Shown here: piece after piece, positions 38,658-49,362 of the stretch
Layout: the number at the start of each line of letters is the position of its first letter
Position numbering within the stretch: position 1 is the first letter of the stretch
Source: an uncultured Nitrospiraceae bacterium
Lineage (GTDB): Bacteria > Nitrospirota > Nitrospiria > Nitrospirales > Nitrospiraceae
NCBI GenBank assembly: GCA_963846575.1
Contig: CAWJWJ010000002.1
Span: 2,304,001-2,368,000 of the forward strand
DNA length: 64,000 nt
Direction of reading: 5' to 3'
Position numbers and translations under genes: made by a program
Notes under the pieces: generated by a model
The model's input: only the letters and a program-made list of their open reading frames with translations
Told to the model about the DNA's origin: nothing
The model's database searches: none

Positions 38658-39599
38658 ATGACTCGAACTGATGTACGTAAAGCTATTATCCCCGCTGCCG
38701 GACTGGGCACACGCTTCCTTCCCGCCACCAAAGCTTCCCCCAAAGAGATGCTGCCGCTGGTCGATAAACCGCTCATTCAATACGTGGTGGAGGAAGCGGT
38801 CGCGTCGGGCATCGAAGACATCATTGTGATCACCGGACGGGGCAAGCGCGCGATCGAAGATCACTTCGACCGCTCGTTGGAACTGGAAGAAAATCTCAAG
38901 GGCAGCGGCAAGGGACAAGTGCTCAATCAAATGCGGCACATTTCGAATCTGGCGAATTTCTGTTACGTCCGCCAGCCGGAAGCCATGGGATTGGGACATG
39001 CCGTGCTCTGCGCGCAACATCTCATTGGTGATGAACCGTTTGCGGTCATCCTGGGTGATGAAATCATCGACGCCGCGGTACCGGGGTTGGCGCAGCTCAT
39101 CCATATATACAAACAGCGCAAGGCCGCCGTCCTGGGTGTGCAGGAAGTTCCCCACCAGGAAGTCAGCCGGTACGGCATCATTTCCGCGCGCCGCGTGCGA
39201 AACGGCTTGCATCGAGTCGACGATCTGATTGAAAAACCGGCGCCGGCCGATGCGCCCTCGAACCTCGCCGTGATCGGCCGCTATGTCCTGCCTCCGGAAA
39301 TCTTCCCGATTCTCCGCAAGACTCCGCCGGGAAAGAACGGAGAAATCCAACTGACCGATGCATTGCGACAACTCGTGCGACAGACGCCGATGTTTGCGCA
39401 CGAAATCCAGGGGCAACGGCATGATGCAGGCGACAAACTGGGCTTCCTCATCGCCACCGTCGAACTGGCCTTGAAGAATCCGTCCCTGGGACCTGCCTTC
39501 GGCGAGTTCCTACAACAACGACTCCAACCGGGAGCCACCGACGCGCCGCGTCGCGCCACCGGCCGCTCCGGCTCAGGCCGGACACGCACCACCAGCTAG
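38658..39599 (+). CDS. galU: UTP-glucose-1-phosphate uridylyltransferase
   Basis: KAIIPAAGLGTRFLPATKASPKEMLP, GLGHAV, IEKP, GEIQLTDA. Confidence 0.96.
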   Translation: MTRTDVRKAIIPAAGLGTRFLPATKASPKEMLPLVDKPLIQYVVEEAVASGIEDIIVITGRGKRAIEDHFDRSLELEENLKGSGKGQVLNQMRHISNLANFCYVRQPEAMGLGHAVLCAQHLIGDEPFAVILGDEIIDAAVPGLAQLIHIYKQRKAAVLGVQEVPHQEVSRYGIISARRVRNGLHRVDDLIEKPAPADAPSNLAVIGRYVLPPEIFPILRKTPPGKNGEIQLTDALRQLVRQTPMFAHEIQGQRHDAGDKLGFLIATVELALKNPSLGPAFGEFLQQRLQPGATDAPRRATGRSGSGRTRTTS

Positions 39600-39686
39600 C
39601 CTTGGGTGTGACGGAGTGCCGTCGCCCAAACCGTGCCACAGCACGACATCGTCACTCAGATTGAACCATCATCAGACTGGAGCCTC

Positions 39687-42182
39687 ATGGCCGAAGCAGT
39701 AGAACAAGATTTTTCAAGCAATCAGAACCTCGAACCGCCGGATCAGTTGCCCTTGCTGCCCGTGCGGGACATCGTCGTCTTCCCTTACATGGTGCTCCCC
39801 TTGTTCGTCGGGCGCGAAATGTCGATCAAGGCGATCGAGGCAGCGCTGGCGGGCAACCGCATGCTGTTCCTCGCGACACAGAAATCCCTGGATGTGGAAA
39901 ACCCGCAGCCGGACGATATTCACGCGGTCGGGACCGTGGGCATCATCATGCGGATGCTCAAACTACCCGACGAGCGCATCAAGATACTCGTGCAGGGTCT
40001 CGCCAAGGGACGCATCGAAGAATACATTCAGAATGATCCGTACTATTCCGTCCGGATTGAAAAACTGGTCGAGGCGAAACAGCCCGGGTCCACCCTCGAG
40101 ACGGAAGCCGTCATGCGCACCGTCAAGGAACAAATCGAAAAGATCGTCAGCCTCGGCAAAGTGTTGATCCCGGACGTAATGGTCGTGATCGAAAATCTGG
40201 AAGATCCTGGCCGGCTGGCCGACATGGTGGCCTCCAACCTGGGATTGAAGGTCGACATTACTCAGACCGTCCTGGAAATTGTGGATCCGATTCAGCGACT
40301 GCGGCAAATCAGCGAGATTCTTTCCAAAGAGATCGATGTCCTCTCCATGCAGCAGAAGATCCAGGCTCAGGCCAAAGGGGAGATGGATAAGACTCAACGT
40401 GAATACTTCCTGCGGGAGCAGCTGAAAGCCATCCAGAAGGAACTCGGCGAGTTAGACGAGCGCGCCGAGGAAGTGGCGGACTTCCGGAAACGCATCAAAG
40501 AAGCCAAGATGCCGGAAAAGGTGCTCAAGGAAACTGAGAAGCAGCTCAAACGGCTCGAGAAAATGCATCCCGATACGGCCGAGTCGGCCACGGTGCGAAC
40601 CTACCTGGAATGGATGGTCGAACTGCCCTGGAATAAAAAATCAAAGGACAACCTCGACCTGAAGGCCGCCATGAAGGTCCTGAACGAGGACCACTATGAT
40701 CTGGAAAAGGTCAAGGAACGCATCGTCGAATATCTCGCGGTCCGCAAACTGAAAGAGAAGATGAAAGGCCCCATCCTCTGCTTCGTCGGCCCGCCGGGCG
40801 TCGGGAAAACCTCGCTGGGCAAATCCATCGCCCGTGCGTTGGGCCGTGAATTTGTAAGAATCAGTTTGGGAGGCGTGCGGGACGAAGCCGAAATCCGCGG
40901 GCATCGCCGGACCTACGTAGGCGCGCTGCCGGGACGGATCATTCAAGGCATGAAGCAGGCCGGCACCAACAATCCCGTGTTCATGCTCGACGAAGTGGAC
41001 AAGGTCGGGATGGATTTTCGGGGCGATCCCTCCGCCGCCCTTCTGGAAGTCCTGGATCCGGAACAGAACAGCACCTTCACCGACCACTATCTCGGCGTGC
41101 CGTTTGATTTGACGGAAGTCATGTTCGTCACCACGGCGAATCTGATGGACCCGATCCTGCCCGCCCTGCGCGACCGCATGGAAGTCATCGATATCCCGGG
41201 CTATACGGAAGAAGAAAAACTCGGCATCGCGCAAAAATATCTATTCCCCCGGCAGATGAACGAACACGGCATCACTGAAAAACACATCCGCGTCCAGGAA
41301 GCCACGATCCGCCACATCATCTCGCACTATACTCGCGAGGCGGGAGTCCGCAACCTCGAACGTGAGATTGCCAACCTCATGCGGAAGGTCGCCAAGAAGG
41401 TCGCCGAAGGTAAGACGCAATGCCATACGATCGACCAGAGCAATTTGAACAAGTATTTGGGAGTGGCGAAGTTCGTTCCCGAGGCGGAACTCGAAAAGGA
41501 CGAGGTGGGCGTCGCCACCGGTTTGGCCTGGACTGAAAGCGGCGGCGATGTGCTCTACATAGAGGCCACGGTGATGAAAGGCAAAGGCCAGCTGACGCTC
41601 ACGGGGCATCTCGGCGATGTCATGAAAGAGTCCGCTCAGGCGGCGCTGAGTTATGTCCGGTCACGAGAGAAGACCCTGGGAATCAGCCCGGACATTTTTG
41701 CCAAGAACGACATTCACATTCATGTGCCGGCCGGCGCGACGCCCAAAGACGGCCCCTCGGCGGGCATTACCATGGCAACGGCCATTGCCTCCGCCCTGGC
41801 ACAGATCCCCGTGCGCCGCGACCTGGCGATGACCGGGGAAATCACCCTGCGCGGACGCGTCCTGCCCATCGGCGGTTTGAAAGAAAAAATTCTGGCCGCG
41901 AAACGGGCCAAACTCACCACAGTCGTGCTTCCGAAGCGCAATAAGAAGGACCTGGAGGAAATTCCCAAACATCTCCTCAAGGGCATCGAGCTGGTCTTCG
42001 TCGACACGGTGGATGACGTGATCAAGGCGGCCCTGCGACGGACGGGCTCCCGCAAAGCGCAGGCTTCGGCACCGAAGAGTCCGTCGAAGAAATCGCCGCC
42101 GAAGAACCAGGCCAAGCGGGCAACCGGCTCGCCACGGCGAAGCCTCCACCTGCCGGCAGTTTCTCCGGCCTTCTCCCTCTGA
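39687..42182 (+). CDS. lon: ATP-dependent protease Lon
   Basis: [32 protein letters not shown] (catalytic Ser), PIGGLKEK. Confidence 0.97.
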   Translation: MAEAVEQDFSSNQNLEPPDQLPLLPVRDIVVFPYMVLPLFVGREMSIKAIEAALAGNRMLFLATQKSLDVENPQPDDIHAVGTVGIIMRMLKLPDERIKILVQGLAKGRIEEYIQNDPYYSVRIEKLVEAKQPGSTLETEAVMRTVKEQIEKIVSLGKVLIPDVMVVIENLEDPGRLADMVASNLGLKVDITQTVLEIVDPIQRLRQISEILSKEIDVLSMQQKIQAQAKGEMDKTQREYFLREQLKAIQKELGELDERAEEVADFRKRIKEAKMPEKVLKETEKQLKRLEKMHPDTAESATVRTYLEWMVELPWNKKSKDNLDLKAAMKVLNEDHYDLEKVKERIVEYLAVRKLKEKMKGPILCFVGPPGVGKTSLGKSIARALGREFVRISLGGVRDEAEIRGHRRTYVGALPGRIIQGMKQAGTNNPVFMLDEVDKVGMDFRGDPSAALLEVLDPEQNSTFTDHYLGVPFDLTEVMFVTTANLMDPILPALRDRMEVIDIPGYTEEEKLGIAQKYLFPRQMNEHGITEKHIRVQEATIRHIISHYTREAGVRNLEREIANLMRKVAKKVAEGKTQCHTIDQSNLNKYLGVAKFVPEAELEKDEVGVATGLAWTESGGDVLYIEATVMKGKGQLTLTGHLGDVMKESAQAALSYVRSREKTLGISPDIFAKNDIHIHVPAGATPKDGPSAGITMATAIASALAQIPVRRDLAMTGEITLRGRVLPIGGLKEKILAAKRAKLTTVVLPKRNKKDLEEIPKHLLKGIELVFVDTVDDVIKAALRRTGSRKAQASAPKSPSKKSPPKNQAKRATGSPRRSLHLPAVSPAFSL

Positions 42183-42183
42183 T

Positions 42184-43236
42184 ATGCCACGAGGCCGATC
42201 CCGCCGGACCACCCCCGTCGGCAGCGAATTCGAATTGATCCGCCGCCTGCAGACGCAGGCGGCCGGTCAGGACCGCCAGGTGTTTCAGGGGATCGGCGAC
42301 GACACCGCGGTGATCAAAACCTCGGCCTCTGAATGGACCCTGCTCACGACGGACCTCCTGGCGGAAGGGATCCATTTCGATCCCGCCCTGTCCTCCTTCG
42401 AAGACATCGGATACCGGGCTGCCATCGCCAATTTGAGCGACATCGCCGCGATGGGCGGCACTCCTCGCTTCATGCTCGTCGCGATTGCCATTCCCCCGAC
42501 CTGTTCCGAGGGACAGATCGAACGGCTCTACCGCGGTATGCTGCAAGCTGTCCGTCCCCATCGCGTCTCGCTCGTCGGCGGGGACACGTCGGCTTCCCGA
42601 CGCGGACTGTTTCTCAACATCATGCTCACCGGAGTTGTGAAACCCAGACAGGCTTTGCTGAGAAGCGGCGCCGGCGTCGGTGATCGGCTCTACGTCACAG
42701 GAACGCTCGGCGACTCCCATGCGGGGTTGAAGGTCTTGACCAAGCGGACACGCGGAGGACGTACGATTCTGCCGCCACCTCAGGTCCGGTGGCTTCTGGC
42801 GCGGCACCATCGACCGTCCGCCCGGGTCGAAGAAGGTCGCTGGCTCGTCAAACATGCCCTCGCCACCGCAGCCATTGATGTGTCGGACGGTCTCAGCGGG
42901 GACCTCCGTCATCTGTGCGAAGAAAGCGGGGTCGGGGCCGACATCGTGGCAGGTGCGCTTCCCCTCTCTCAGGCCTGTCTGGCCTATGCGGCCGCACAGC
43001 ATCTCGACGCACGGGAGCTCGCGTTGCAGGGAGGAGAAGACTATGAATTACTGTTCACGGTTCCTCTCCGTAAGCAGTCACGATTCGAGCGGTTGGCAGC
43101 AGCCGCCCCGTTCCGGTTTACCTGTATCGGATCGATCACTCCACGTCGGTCCGGCCTGCGGATTCGGAGCGACGACGGTGCGTTCGCCGCTCTTCCGATC
43201 ACGAGTTACGAACATTTTCTCAGACCCTCGTCATAG
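42184..43236 (+). CDS. thiL: Thiamine-monophosphate kinase
   Basis: [51 protein letters not shown]. Confidence 0.95.
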   Translation: MPRGRSRRTTPVGSEFELIRRLQTQAAGQDRQVFQGIGDDTAVIKTSASEWTLLTTDLLAEGIHFDPALSSFEDIGYRAAIANLSDIAAMGGTPRFMLVAIAIPPTCSEGQIERLYRGMLQAVRPHRVSLVGGDTSASRRGLFLNIMLTGVVKPRQALLRSGAGVGDRLYVTGTLGDSHAGLKVLTKRTRGGRTILPPPQVRWLLARHHRPSARVEEGRWLVKHALATAAIDVSDGLSGDLRHLCEESGVGADIVAGALPLSQACLAYAAAQHLDARELALQGGEDYELLFTVPLRKQSRFERLAAAAPFRFTCIGSITPRRSGLRIRSDDGAFAALPITSYEHFLRPSS

Positions 43237-43254
43237 ATGCAGCACTGACCACCC

Positions 43255-43734
43255 ATGACAAACGTTCGGGCACTGTTACGTCAGGTTCTTCATCTCCATG
43301 AATCACCCCATCGCACGGCCCTAGCGTTTGCCATAGGCGTCTTCATCGGGTTTTCGCCCGCCTACGGTCTCCATATGCTCCTGGTGGGGTTCTGTGCCTG
43401 GGCCTTCGGATTGAATCTCATCGCGCTGCTGGCCGGTGCCTTCCTCAACAATCCCTGGACCCTGATTCCCATCCTCGGAGGAACCTACTGGACCGGCGCG
43501 ATGTTGCTGGGCGTACATGACTTTCCGTCCTTTGATTGGAGTGACCTCACCTTCATGGGGATCTATCATCAGGTGATGCCCTATGCCTGGCCGTTCTTCG
43601 TCGGGGGAATGGTCCTGAGCATCGTCGGCGGTCTCCTGGCCTATCCGATCGCGTATGCGCTTCTTAGCAAATATCGCCCCGGCAGACCGATCGAAGGCCC
43701 CGGAGCGTTGCCCCCTCCGCCGGGGCTGCGTTAA
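43255..43734 (+). CDS. DUF2062-like membrane protein
   Basis: SPHRTALAFAIGVFIGFSP, NNPWT, about four TM segments. Confidence 0.7.
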   Translation: MTNVRALLRQVLHLHESPHRTALAFAIGVFIGFSPAYGLHMLLVGFCAWAFGLNLIALLAGAFLNNPWTLIPILGGTYWTGAMLLGVHDFPSFDWSDLTFMGIYHQVMPYAWPFFVGGMVLSIVGGLLAYPIAYALLSKYRPGRPIEGPGALPPPPGLR

Positions 43735-43757
43735 GATCGACAGACCGCAACCGAGTT

Positions 43758-45179
43758 ATGAAATTACCGCCCGCACATCCTCCAGGTCCTTACGATGGGT
43801 CGGCCCTGATCGCCGACCCCATCCACGAATATGTGACGTTCACAGTTCCCTATGCCACGCTGGATCCCTCGGAACGCACCGAGAAAGACCTGATCGATTC
43901 GCCCTGGGTGCAGCGGCTGCGGTATATCTACCAACTGCAGAGCGCCCGATGGGTCTATCCGTCGGCGGAGCACACTCGTTTTGTGCACTCGCTCGGCACC
44001 ATGCATGTCGCCGGACGGTTCGCGCGCCATCTCTATCCGTTTCTGCAGAAAGCCGCGCCCGACGTCCCTTCGGCCGCCTTCGTCGAGGAGTTTTTACGGA
44101 TCACCGCCCTCGTCCATGACATCGGTCATGGTCCCTTCTGCCATTTTTTCGACGATAACTACCTGCACGGTTTCGGCCTCTCTCACGAAAAGCTGGGCCA
44201 AATCATTGTGCGCGAGCATCTAGGGCCTCTCATCAGGAAAATCCGCCGCAGCCCGTCAGGGCCTTTCGCCCGGGGCGAAGAATTGAATCCGGATCTCATT
44301 GCGCACGTCATCTTGAAGGAAAAGGGAAAAGATAATTCTCGGATTCCCCGTTGGATCAACTTCCTGCAACCGGTCATTTCAGGAAGTTACACCGCAGACA
44401 ATCTGGATTATGTACTGCGGGACGCCTACATGTGCGGCGTCGCCGTCGGACCGGTCGATCTGACCAGGCTGATCCACTACACGATCGTCACCAACAAGGG
44501 GTTCACGATCCACAAGACCGGCTTGCCGGCCCTGCACATGTTCCTGAACACGCGAATGTACCTGTACTCAAACGTGTACTATCACCGGACGACCAGAGCC
44601 ATCGACATCCACCTGCGCGACATCTTCGGGGACACCATGAAACTGCTCTTCCCCTCTAATCCGGCCAAACACATGGACGAGTACCTCACCCTGACGGACT
44701 GGTCGCTGCTCGAAGACGTTCGGCGCTGGAAAAAATCCCGTCGGAGCAGCCTCCGGCGGCTGCATCAGGAGTGGGCCCACATTCTCGGACGGGATGTGAA
44801 ATGGAAGATGGCCTATAGCACGGTGCTCAAAGAAAAAGGCATCGAACGGGGCATGGACTTCCCCAGCCACGAACAATTCCGACAACACATCAGAACCGCG
44901 CTGCCGGCCAAACTCCAGGGACTGCCATTCCGCGTCGATATGGCGCCGCTGGACCCGCGCCCGGATCCAAAGGACACTCGGGGCATCCCGCTCTTCGTCT
45001 ACGACCCGGGCACAAAAGGTCTCTCGACCGAGCCGTTGGAAGAGTTTCTCGATCTACTCCCCACCCGTCTGGTGCAATTCCGAATCTATGCGTTGGACCA
45101 CGAGCATGATGCCGCGCTCTCCACAGCCGCCGCGACCGTCCTGAACAAGACCGCCTCGAGCATTGAAACCAATTTTTGA
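43758..45179 (+). CDS. HD-domain phosphohydrolase (dNTP triphosphohydrolase / SAMHD1-like family)
   Basis: DPIH, QRLRYIYQL, YPSAEHTRFVHSLG, ALVHDIGHGPFCH, ADNLDYVLRD, MYLYSNVYYH. Confidence 0.85.
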   Translation: MKLPPAHPPGPYDGSALIADPIHEYVTFTVPYATLDPSERTEKDLIDSPWVQRLRYIYQLQSARWVYPSAEHTRFVHSLGTMHVAGRFARHLYPFLQKAAPDVPSAAFVEEFLRITALVHDIGHGPFCHFFDDNYLHGFGLSHEKLGQIIVREHLGPLIRKIRRSPSGPFARGEELNPDLIAHVILKEKGKDNSRIPRWINFLQPVISGSYTADNLDYVLRDAYMCGVAVGPVDLTRLIHYTIVTNKGFTIHKTGLPALHMFLNTRMYLYSNVYYHRTTRAIDIHLRDIFGDTMKLLFPSNPAKHMDEYLTLTDWSLLEDVRRWKKSRRSSLRRLHQEWAHILGRDVKWKMAYSTVLKEKGIERGMDFPSHEQFRQHIRTALPAKLQGLPFRVDMAPLDPRPDPKDTRGIPLFVYDPGTKGLSTEPLEEFLDLLPTRLVQFRIYALDHEHDAALSTAAATVLNKTASSIETNF

Positions 45180-45403
45180 CGGAATCAGCAGGAGGGAACG
45201 GGCCGACCCGGAGCCTGGCGACGGGTTTCCCCACCCATGTTTCGCCGTTCCTTCCTCCTTGTGAACATTAAATTAAGACTAGGACATTCCCTAGGGCACA
45301 TCGCATCTGCCTAAAACATAATGACTTCTTCATAGTCCTTTTCCGGGATCTGTGGTTGACTTAGCTCACAGCCTCACAGAATCGGCAATCGCAGAGGAAT
45401 CTT

Positions 45404-48400
45404 ATGGCCACAGCCGGTCATGCCTGGCCCATACACGAAACGAATGCCCGCCCCGTTCGCGCAATAGCTCGAGTGGCGTTAACAGGCCTCTTAGTCGCGC
45501 TGGTCTTTGTCCTCGATGCATTGACGCCCCGAGGAATTCCCATCTGGATTTTCTACCTGATTCCGCTCGTCCTCACGCATCAGATGCCTGAGAACCGGGC
45601 ACCCTGGATCCTGGCTGCCTGCTCCACCGCCCTGACACTGCTCGCCTATCTCGTCACACCAGACATGGCCGGGGTGCCGGCTTGGATCCCCCTTGTGAAT
45701 CGTTCACTCGGCGTGTCCATATTTTTCATCCTGGCCTATGTGATCATCCAACAACGACGCATGACCGAGGAACTGGTCAAGGCGACGACCCTGGAGGTGG
45801 AACACGAAGCGCTCCAGCTCAGGGAGCGACTCCTGGCTAAAAGTTCCGAGGAGTTACAAGATCTCTACGATAATGCCCCCTGTGGGTACCACTCTCTCGA
45901 TCCCAGCGGACTGCTCATCGCGATCAACCAGACCGAACTCGATTGGCTGGGTTATGCGAGATATGAGGTCGTGGGTAAGAAGCACTTTGCCGACTTTCTC
46001 ACCCCTGCAGGGGTAGAACTCTTCAAAGAGCATTTTCCCCGTTTTATGCAGGAACACCGCATCAGCGACCTGGAGTTTGAGATGGTCCGTAAAAACGGGT
46101 CGACGTTTGCGGTGCTGCTGAGCGCCACTGCCGTGACAGACCTCCAAGGCCAATTTGTGTCCAGCCGTTCCACAGTGATCGATATCACGGAGCGCAAACG
46201 CGCTGACCAGGCGTTGCGTACAAGCCATCAAGCTCTCGAAGGGTTGGTGACCGAGCGAACGGAAGCGCTCCGGCTTACCAACCAACGGCTGGAAGCGGAG
46301 CTGATTCAGACCCGCCAGGCGCAAGCGGCCCTGCAGTCGAGCGAGCTGCGATTTCGGCTGATGGCGAACCACGCTCCCGTGCTGATCTGGATCAGCGATC
46401 TCTCCAAGGGTTGCATCTGGTTCAACAAGCCCTGGTTAGAGTTCGTGGGCCGCAGCCTGCATGAAGAAACGGGACGTGGGTGGACACAGAACATCCATCC
46501 CGACGATTTCGACTATTGCCTGAAAGTGTATGACAGCTCGTTCGAGGCCAGACGGGAATTCAAGATGTCCTACCGGCTGAGGCGGCATGACGGCGAATGG
46601 CGCTGGCTGCTGGACCATGGGGTGCCGCGGGTTGATGGAGAGAATGTCTTCGTCGGTTTCATCGGCTCCTGTATCGACATTACGGAGCATAAGGAAGCCC
46701 TGGCCGCAGCCCGGGACAGCGAACAGCGGCTCAGCAGCATTTTCGGCTCAGCCATGGATGCCATCATCACCGTCAATGAACGTCAGGAGATCACGCATTT
46801 CAATGCATCCGCGGAGACGATGTTCGGATGCACGACCCAGGAAGTGATCGGCCAACCGGTGACGAGGCTGATTCCGGAACGTTTCCGGACGGCACATAGC
46901 CAGCATGTGGCGGCCTTCGGGCGGACGTCCGTGACCAAACGCCAGATGGGAGCCCTCGGGACGATCTCCGGGCGTCGATCAAACGGCGAAGAGTTCCCGA
47001 TCGAAGCCTCGATCTCTCAAGTGCTGTCCCGCGGGCAGAAACTGTACACGGTCATTCTCCGCGATATTTCACAACGGAAGCAGGCGGAAGACGCCCTTAA
47101 GGCGAGTGAAGCCAGATTTCGTGAGTTGCTGGAATGTTTGCCGCAGCTCATCTGGACTAGTGCCCCGAACGGGACGTGCGACTATCTGAGTCCGCAGTGG
47201 GTCGCCTACACCGGCATGGCTGCGGACACTCAACTGGGCAATGGTTGGCTGCAACAACTCCATCCCGACGACCGGTCCATGACGGACGAACGCTGGCACG
47301 CCGCGATCAAGTCCACGCAATCGCTCGACCTGGAATTCCGCCTTCGCGACGCCCACGGCCGGTATCGCTGGTTCCGCACCCAGGGCACGCCGATCCGGGG
47401 GGAGGACGGCCGCGTCGTAAAATGGTTAGGGACCAATACCGATATCGATGATCGGAAGCAAGCGGAGGCCGTGCAGGCTCGGCTGGGAGCCATTGTCGAA
47501 TCCTCCTCGGATGCCATCATCAGTCAAGACCTGGGCGGCCTGGTGCTCACGTGGAACCTGAGCGCTGAGCAGATGTTCGGATATCTCGCGGATGACATGA
47601 TCGGCCATCCGATCCGTCGCATCGTTCCTCTCGATCAACAACAGGAGGAGTCGCGACTCTTTGAAGAGGTCAAGGCCGGCAAACGACATCGTCAACACGA
47701 AACGCTTCGGAAACGCAAGAATGGCACCGTTCTGCATGTCTCGTTGACTATTTCACCCATTAAAAACCAGGACGGAACCGTCATCGGCATCTCGACCATT
47801 GCCCGCGATATCACGGCAAAGAAGGAGGCCGAAGAAATGCTGCAACAGCAGCGCAGGCTCCTGGAACTGTCTCATGAACCTATTTTTGCCTGGGACACAC
47901 AGAACGGCATCGCACAGTGGAACAGAGGCTGCGAACAACTGTATGGCTATACCGCGTCGGAGGCGCTCGGGAAAAACAGCCACGAATTATTGCACACGGT
48001 ATTTCCGGCTCCTGCAGCTGAAATCCGGGCGGCTTTGGATTCAGCCGGTGAATGGACGGGTGAAGTACGCCAGCGCACCAAGGCGGGGCAAGACCTCCTC
48101 GTGGACAGTCGCTGGGGCCTCCTGAAGGCCAACGGTCGCAGTCTCGTCCTGGAAACAAATCGGGACATCACCCAACGGAGGCGATTTGAAGAGACGATTC
48201 TGAAAAAAAATAAGGATCTCGAGACCCTGCTCCATGTCACCTCGCATGATTTGAAGGAGCCGTTGCGCGCGATCGAGAGCTTTTCCGTCCTCATTCAGGA
48301 ACGGTACACGGACCGTCTGGATGAAAAAGGCCAGGATTTCCTCAGACGAATCGTCCGGGCCACCCAGCGGCTCGACCAATTGCTGACCGATATTCTCAAT

Positions 48401-48922
48401 CTTTCACGTGCTCAGCGCATGGATCCACCGGCCGATGAGCTGGAATCGGAGTTGCTCGTGCAGGAAGTCCTCCGCCGCCTCGAGAGCCGCATAAAAGAGA
48501 CCAACGCGGACATCACCATTCGTTCGCCCCTTCCTCGCCTCCGGGTCAATAAGACCTGGGCCATTCAAGGTATCTACAACCTCCTCTCCAATGCCCTGAA
48601 ATTCGCCTTGCCGGAGAAATCTCCGCAGATCGAGATTGCCTCGTACCATGAGACGAATGCCGATGGGATTTCTCAATCGGGACTGGTCATACGGGACCGC
48701 GGGCCCGGAGTGGCCAAGGAACAACGGGAGAGGATCTTTGAGCTCTTCCGTCGGGCGGTCGGCCGTGAAGTGGAGGGCACCGGAGCGGGCCTCGCCATCG
48801 TCCGACAGGTGGCGGAACGCCATGGCGGGCGGGCCTGGATGAAACCCCGGGACGGAGGCGGATCCGAATTTTTCATCACGTTTCGCGTGGAACCGCACGC
48901 GGCGAAAGAGGGACCACTATGA
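45404..48922 (+). CDS. Membrane-bound sensor histidine kinase with six PAS/PAC domains
   Basis: About four N-terminal TMs; PAC ends DITERK, DITEHK, DISQRK, DIDDRK, DITAKK, DITQRR; SHDLKEPL, NLLSNALKF, DRGPG, GTGAGLAI. Confidence 0.92.
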   Translation: MATAGHAWPIHETNARPVRAIARVALTGLLVALVFVLDALTPRGIPIWIFYLIPLVLTHQMPENRAPWILAACSTALTLLAYLVTPDMAGVPAWIPLVNRSLGVSIFFILAYVIIQQRRMTEELVKATTLEVEHEALQLRERLLAKSSEELQDLYDNAPCGYHSLDPSGLLIAINQTELDWLGYARYEVVGKKHFADFLTPAGVELFKEHFPRFMQEHRISDLEFEMVRKNGSTFAVLLSATAVTDLQGQFVSSRSTVIDITERKRADQALRTSHQALEGLVTERTEALRLTNQRLEAELIQTRQAQAALQSSELRFRLMANHAPVLIWISDLSKGCIWFNKPWLEFVGRSLHEETGRGWTQNIHPDDFDYCLKVYDSSFEARREFKMSYRLRRHDGEWRWLLDHGVPRVDGENVFVGFIGSCIDITEHKEALAAARDSEQRLSSIFGSAMDAIITVNERQEITHFNASAETMFGCTTQEVIGQPVTRLIPERFRTAHSQHVAAFGRTSVTKRQMGALGTISGRRSNGEEFPIEASISQVLSRGQKLYTVILRDISQRKQAEDALKASEARFRELLECLPQLIWTSAPNGTCDYLSPQWVAYTGMAADTQLGNGWLQQLHPDDRSMTDERWHAAIKSTQSLDLEFRLRDAHGRYRWFRTQGTPIRGEDGRVVKWLGTNTDIDDRKQAEAVQARLGAIVESSSDAIISQDLGGLVLTWNLSAEQMFGYLADDMIGHPIRRIVPLDQQQEESRLFEEVKAGKRHRQHETLRKRKNGTVLHVSLTISPIKNQDGTVIGISTIARDITAKKEAEEMLQQQRRLLELSHEPIFAWDTQNGIAQWNRGCEQLYGYTASEALGKNSHELLHTVFPAPAAEIRAALDSAGEWTGEVRQRTKAGQDLLVDSRWGLLKANGRSLVLETNRDITQRRRFEETILKKNKDLETLLHVTSHDLKEPLRAIESFSVLIQERYTDRLDEKGQDFLRRIVRATQRLDQLLTDILNLSRAQRMDPPADELESELLVQEVLRRLESRIKETNADITIRSPLPRLRVNKTWAIQGIYNLLSNALKFALPEKSPQIEIASYHETNADGISQSGLVIRDRGPGVAKEQRERIFELFRRAVGREVEGTGAGLAIVRQVAERHGGRAWMKPRDGGGSEFFITFRVEPHAAKEGPL

Positions 48923-49359
48923 CGATACGACCGTTCGACATCCTGATCGCTGAGGACAATGAGGACGATATCCTCTTGATCCGGGAAGCGTTCGAGGAAG
49001 TGAAGATGGTCAATCAGATTACCGTCGTAAAGGATGGCGAGGAGGCGCTGGCCTATCTGCGCGGCGAAGAACCCTACGCAAGCGCGCCGCTGCCCGGCAT
49101 AGTGTTGCTGGATATTAATATGCCGAAAAAGACCGGACTGGAGGTGCTGTCGGAGATTAAAGCCGACCATCGATTTCGCGCCCTCCCCGTCGTCATGCTG
49201 ACGGTCAGTGAACGGGACGAGGACATCATCCGCTCTTTTGAGCAGGGGGCTTGTTCCTACATCCGCAAACCCGTGACGTTTGCCAGATTTATCGCGGTCG
49301 TCAAGCAGTTCGAAATGTATTGGACGCTCGTATCAAAAATTCCCGCGCTAAAGAGGTGA
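48919..49359 (+). CDS. Single-domain response regulator (Rcp1-like)
   Basis: ILIAEDNEDD, LLDINMP, PVVMLT, YIRKP, C-terminal YW; ATGA overlap with the kinase. Confidence 0.9.
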   Translation: MTIRPFDILIAEDNEDDILLIREAFEEVKMVNQITVVKDGEEALAYLRGEEPYASAPLPGIVLLDINMPKKTGLEVLSEIKADHRFRALPVVMLTVSERDEDIIRSFEQGACSYIRKPVTFARFIAVVKQFEMYWTLVSKIPALKR

Positions 49360-49362
49360 CAC

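Noticed and set aside
48203..48210. A8 run in the PAS kinase as a slippage site
   Set aside because: The frame is intact and continues straight into the HisKA motif.
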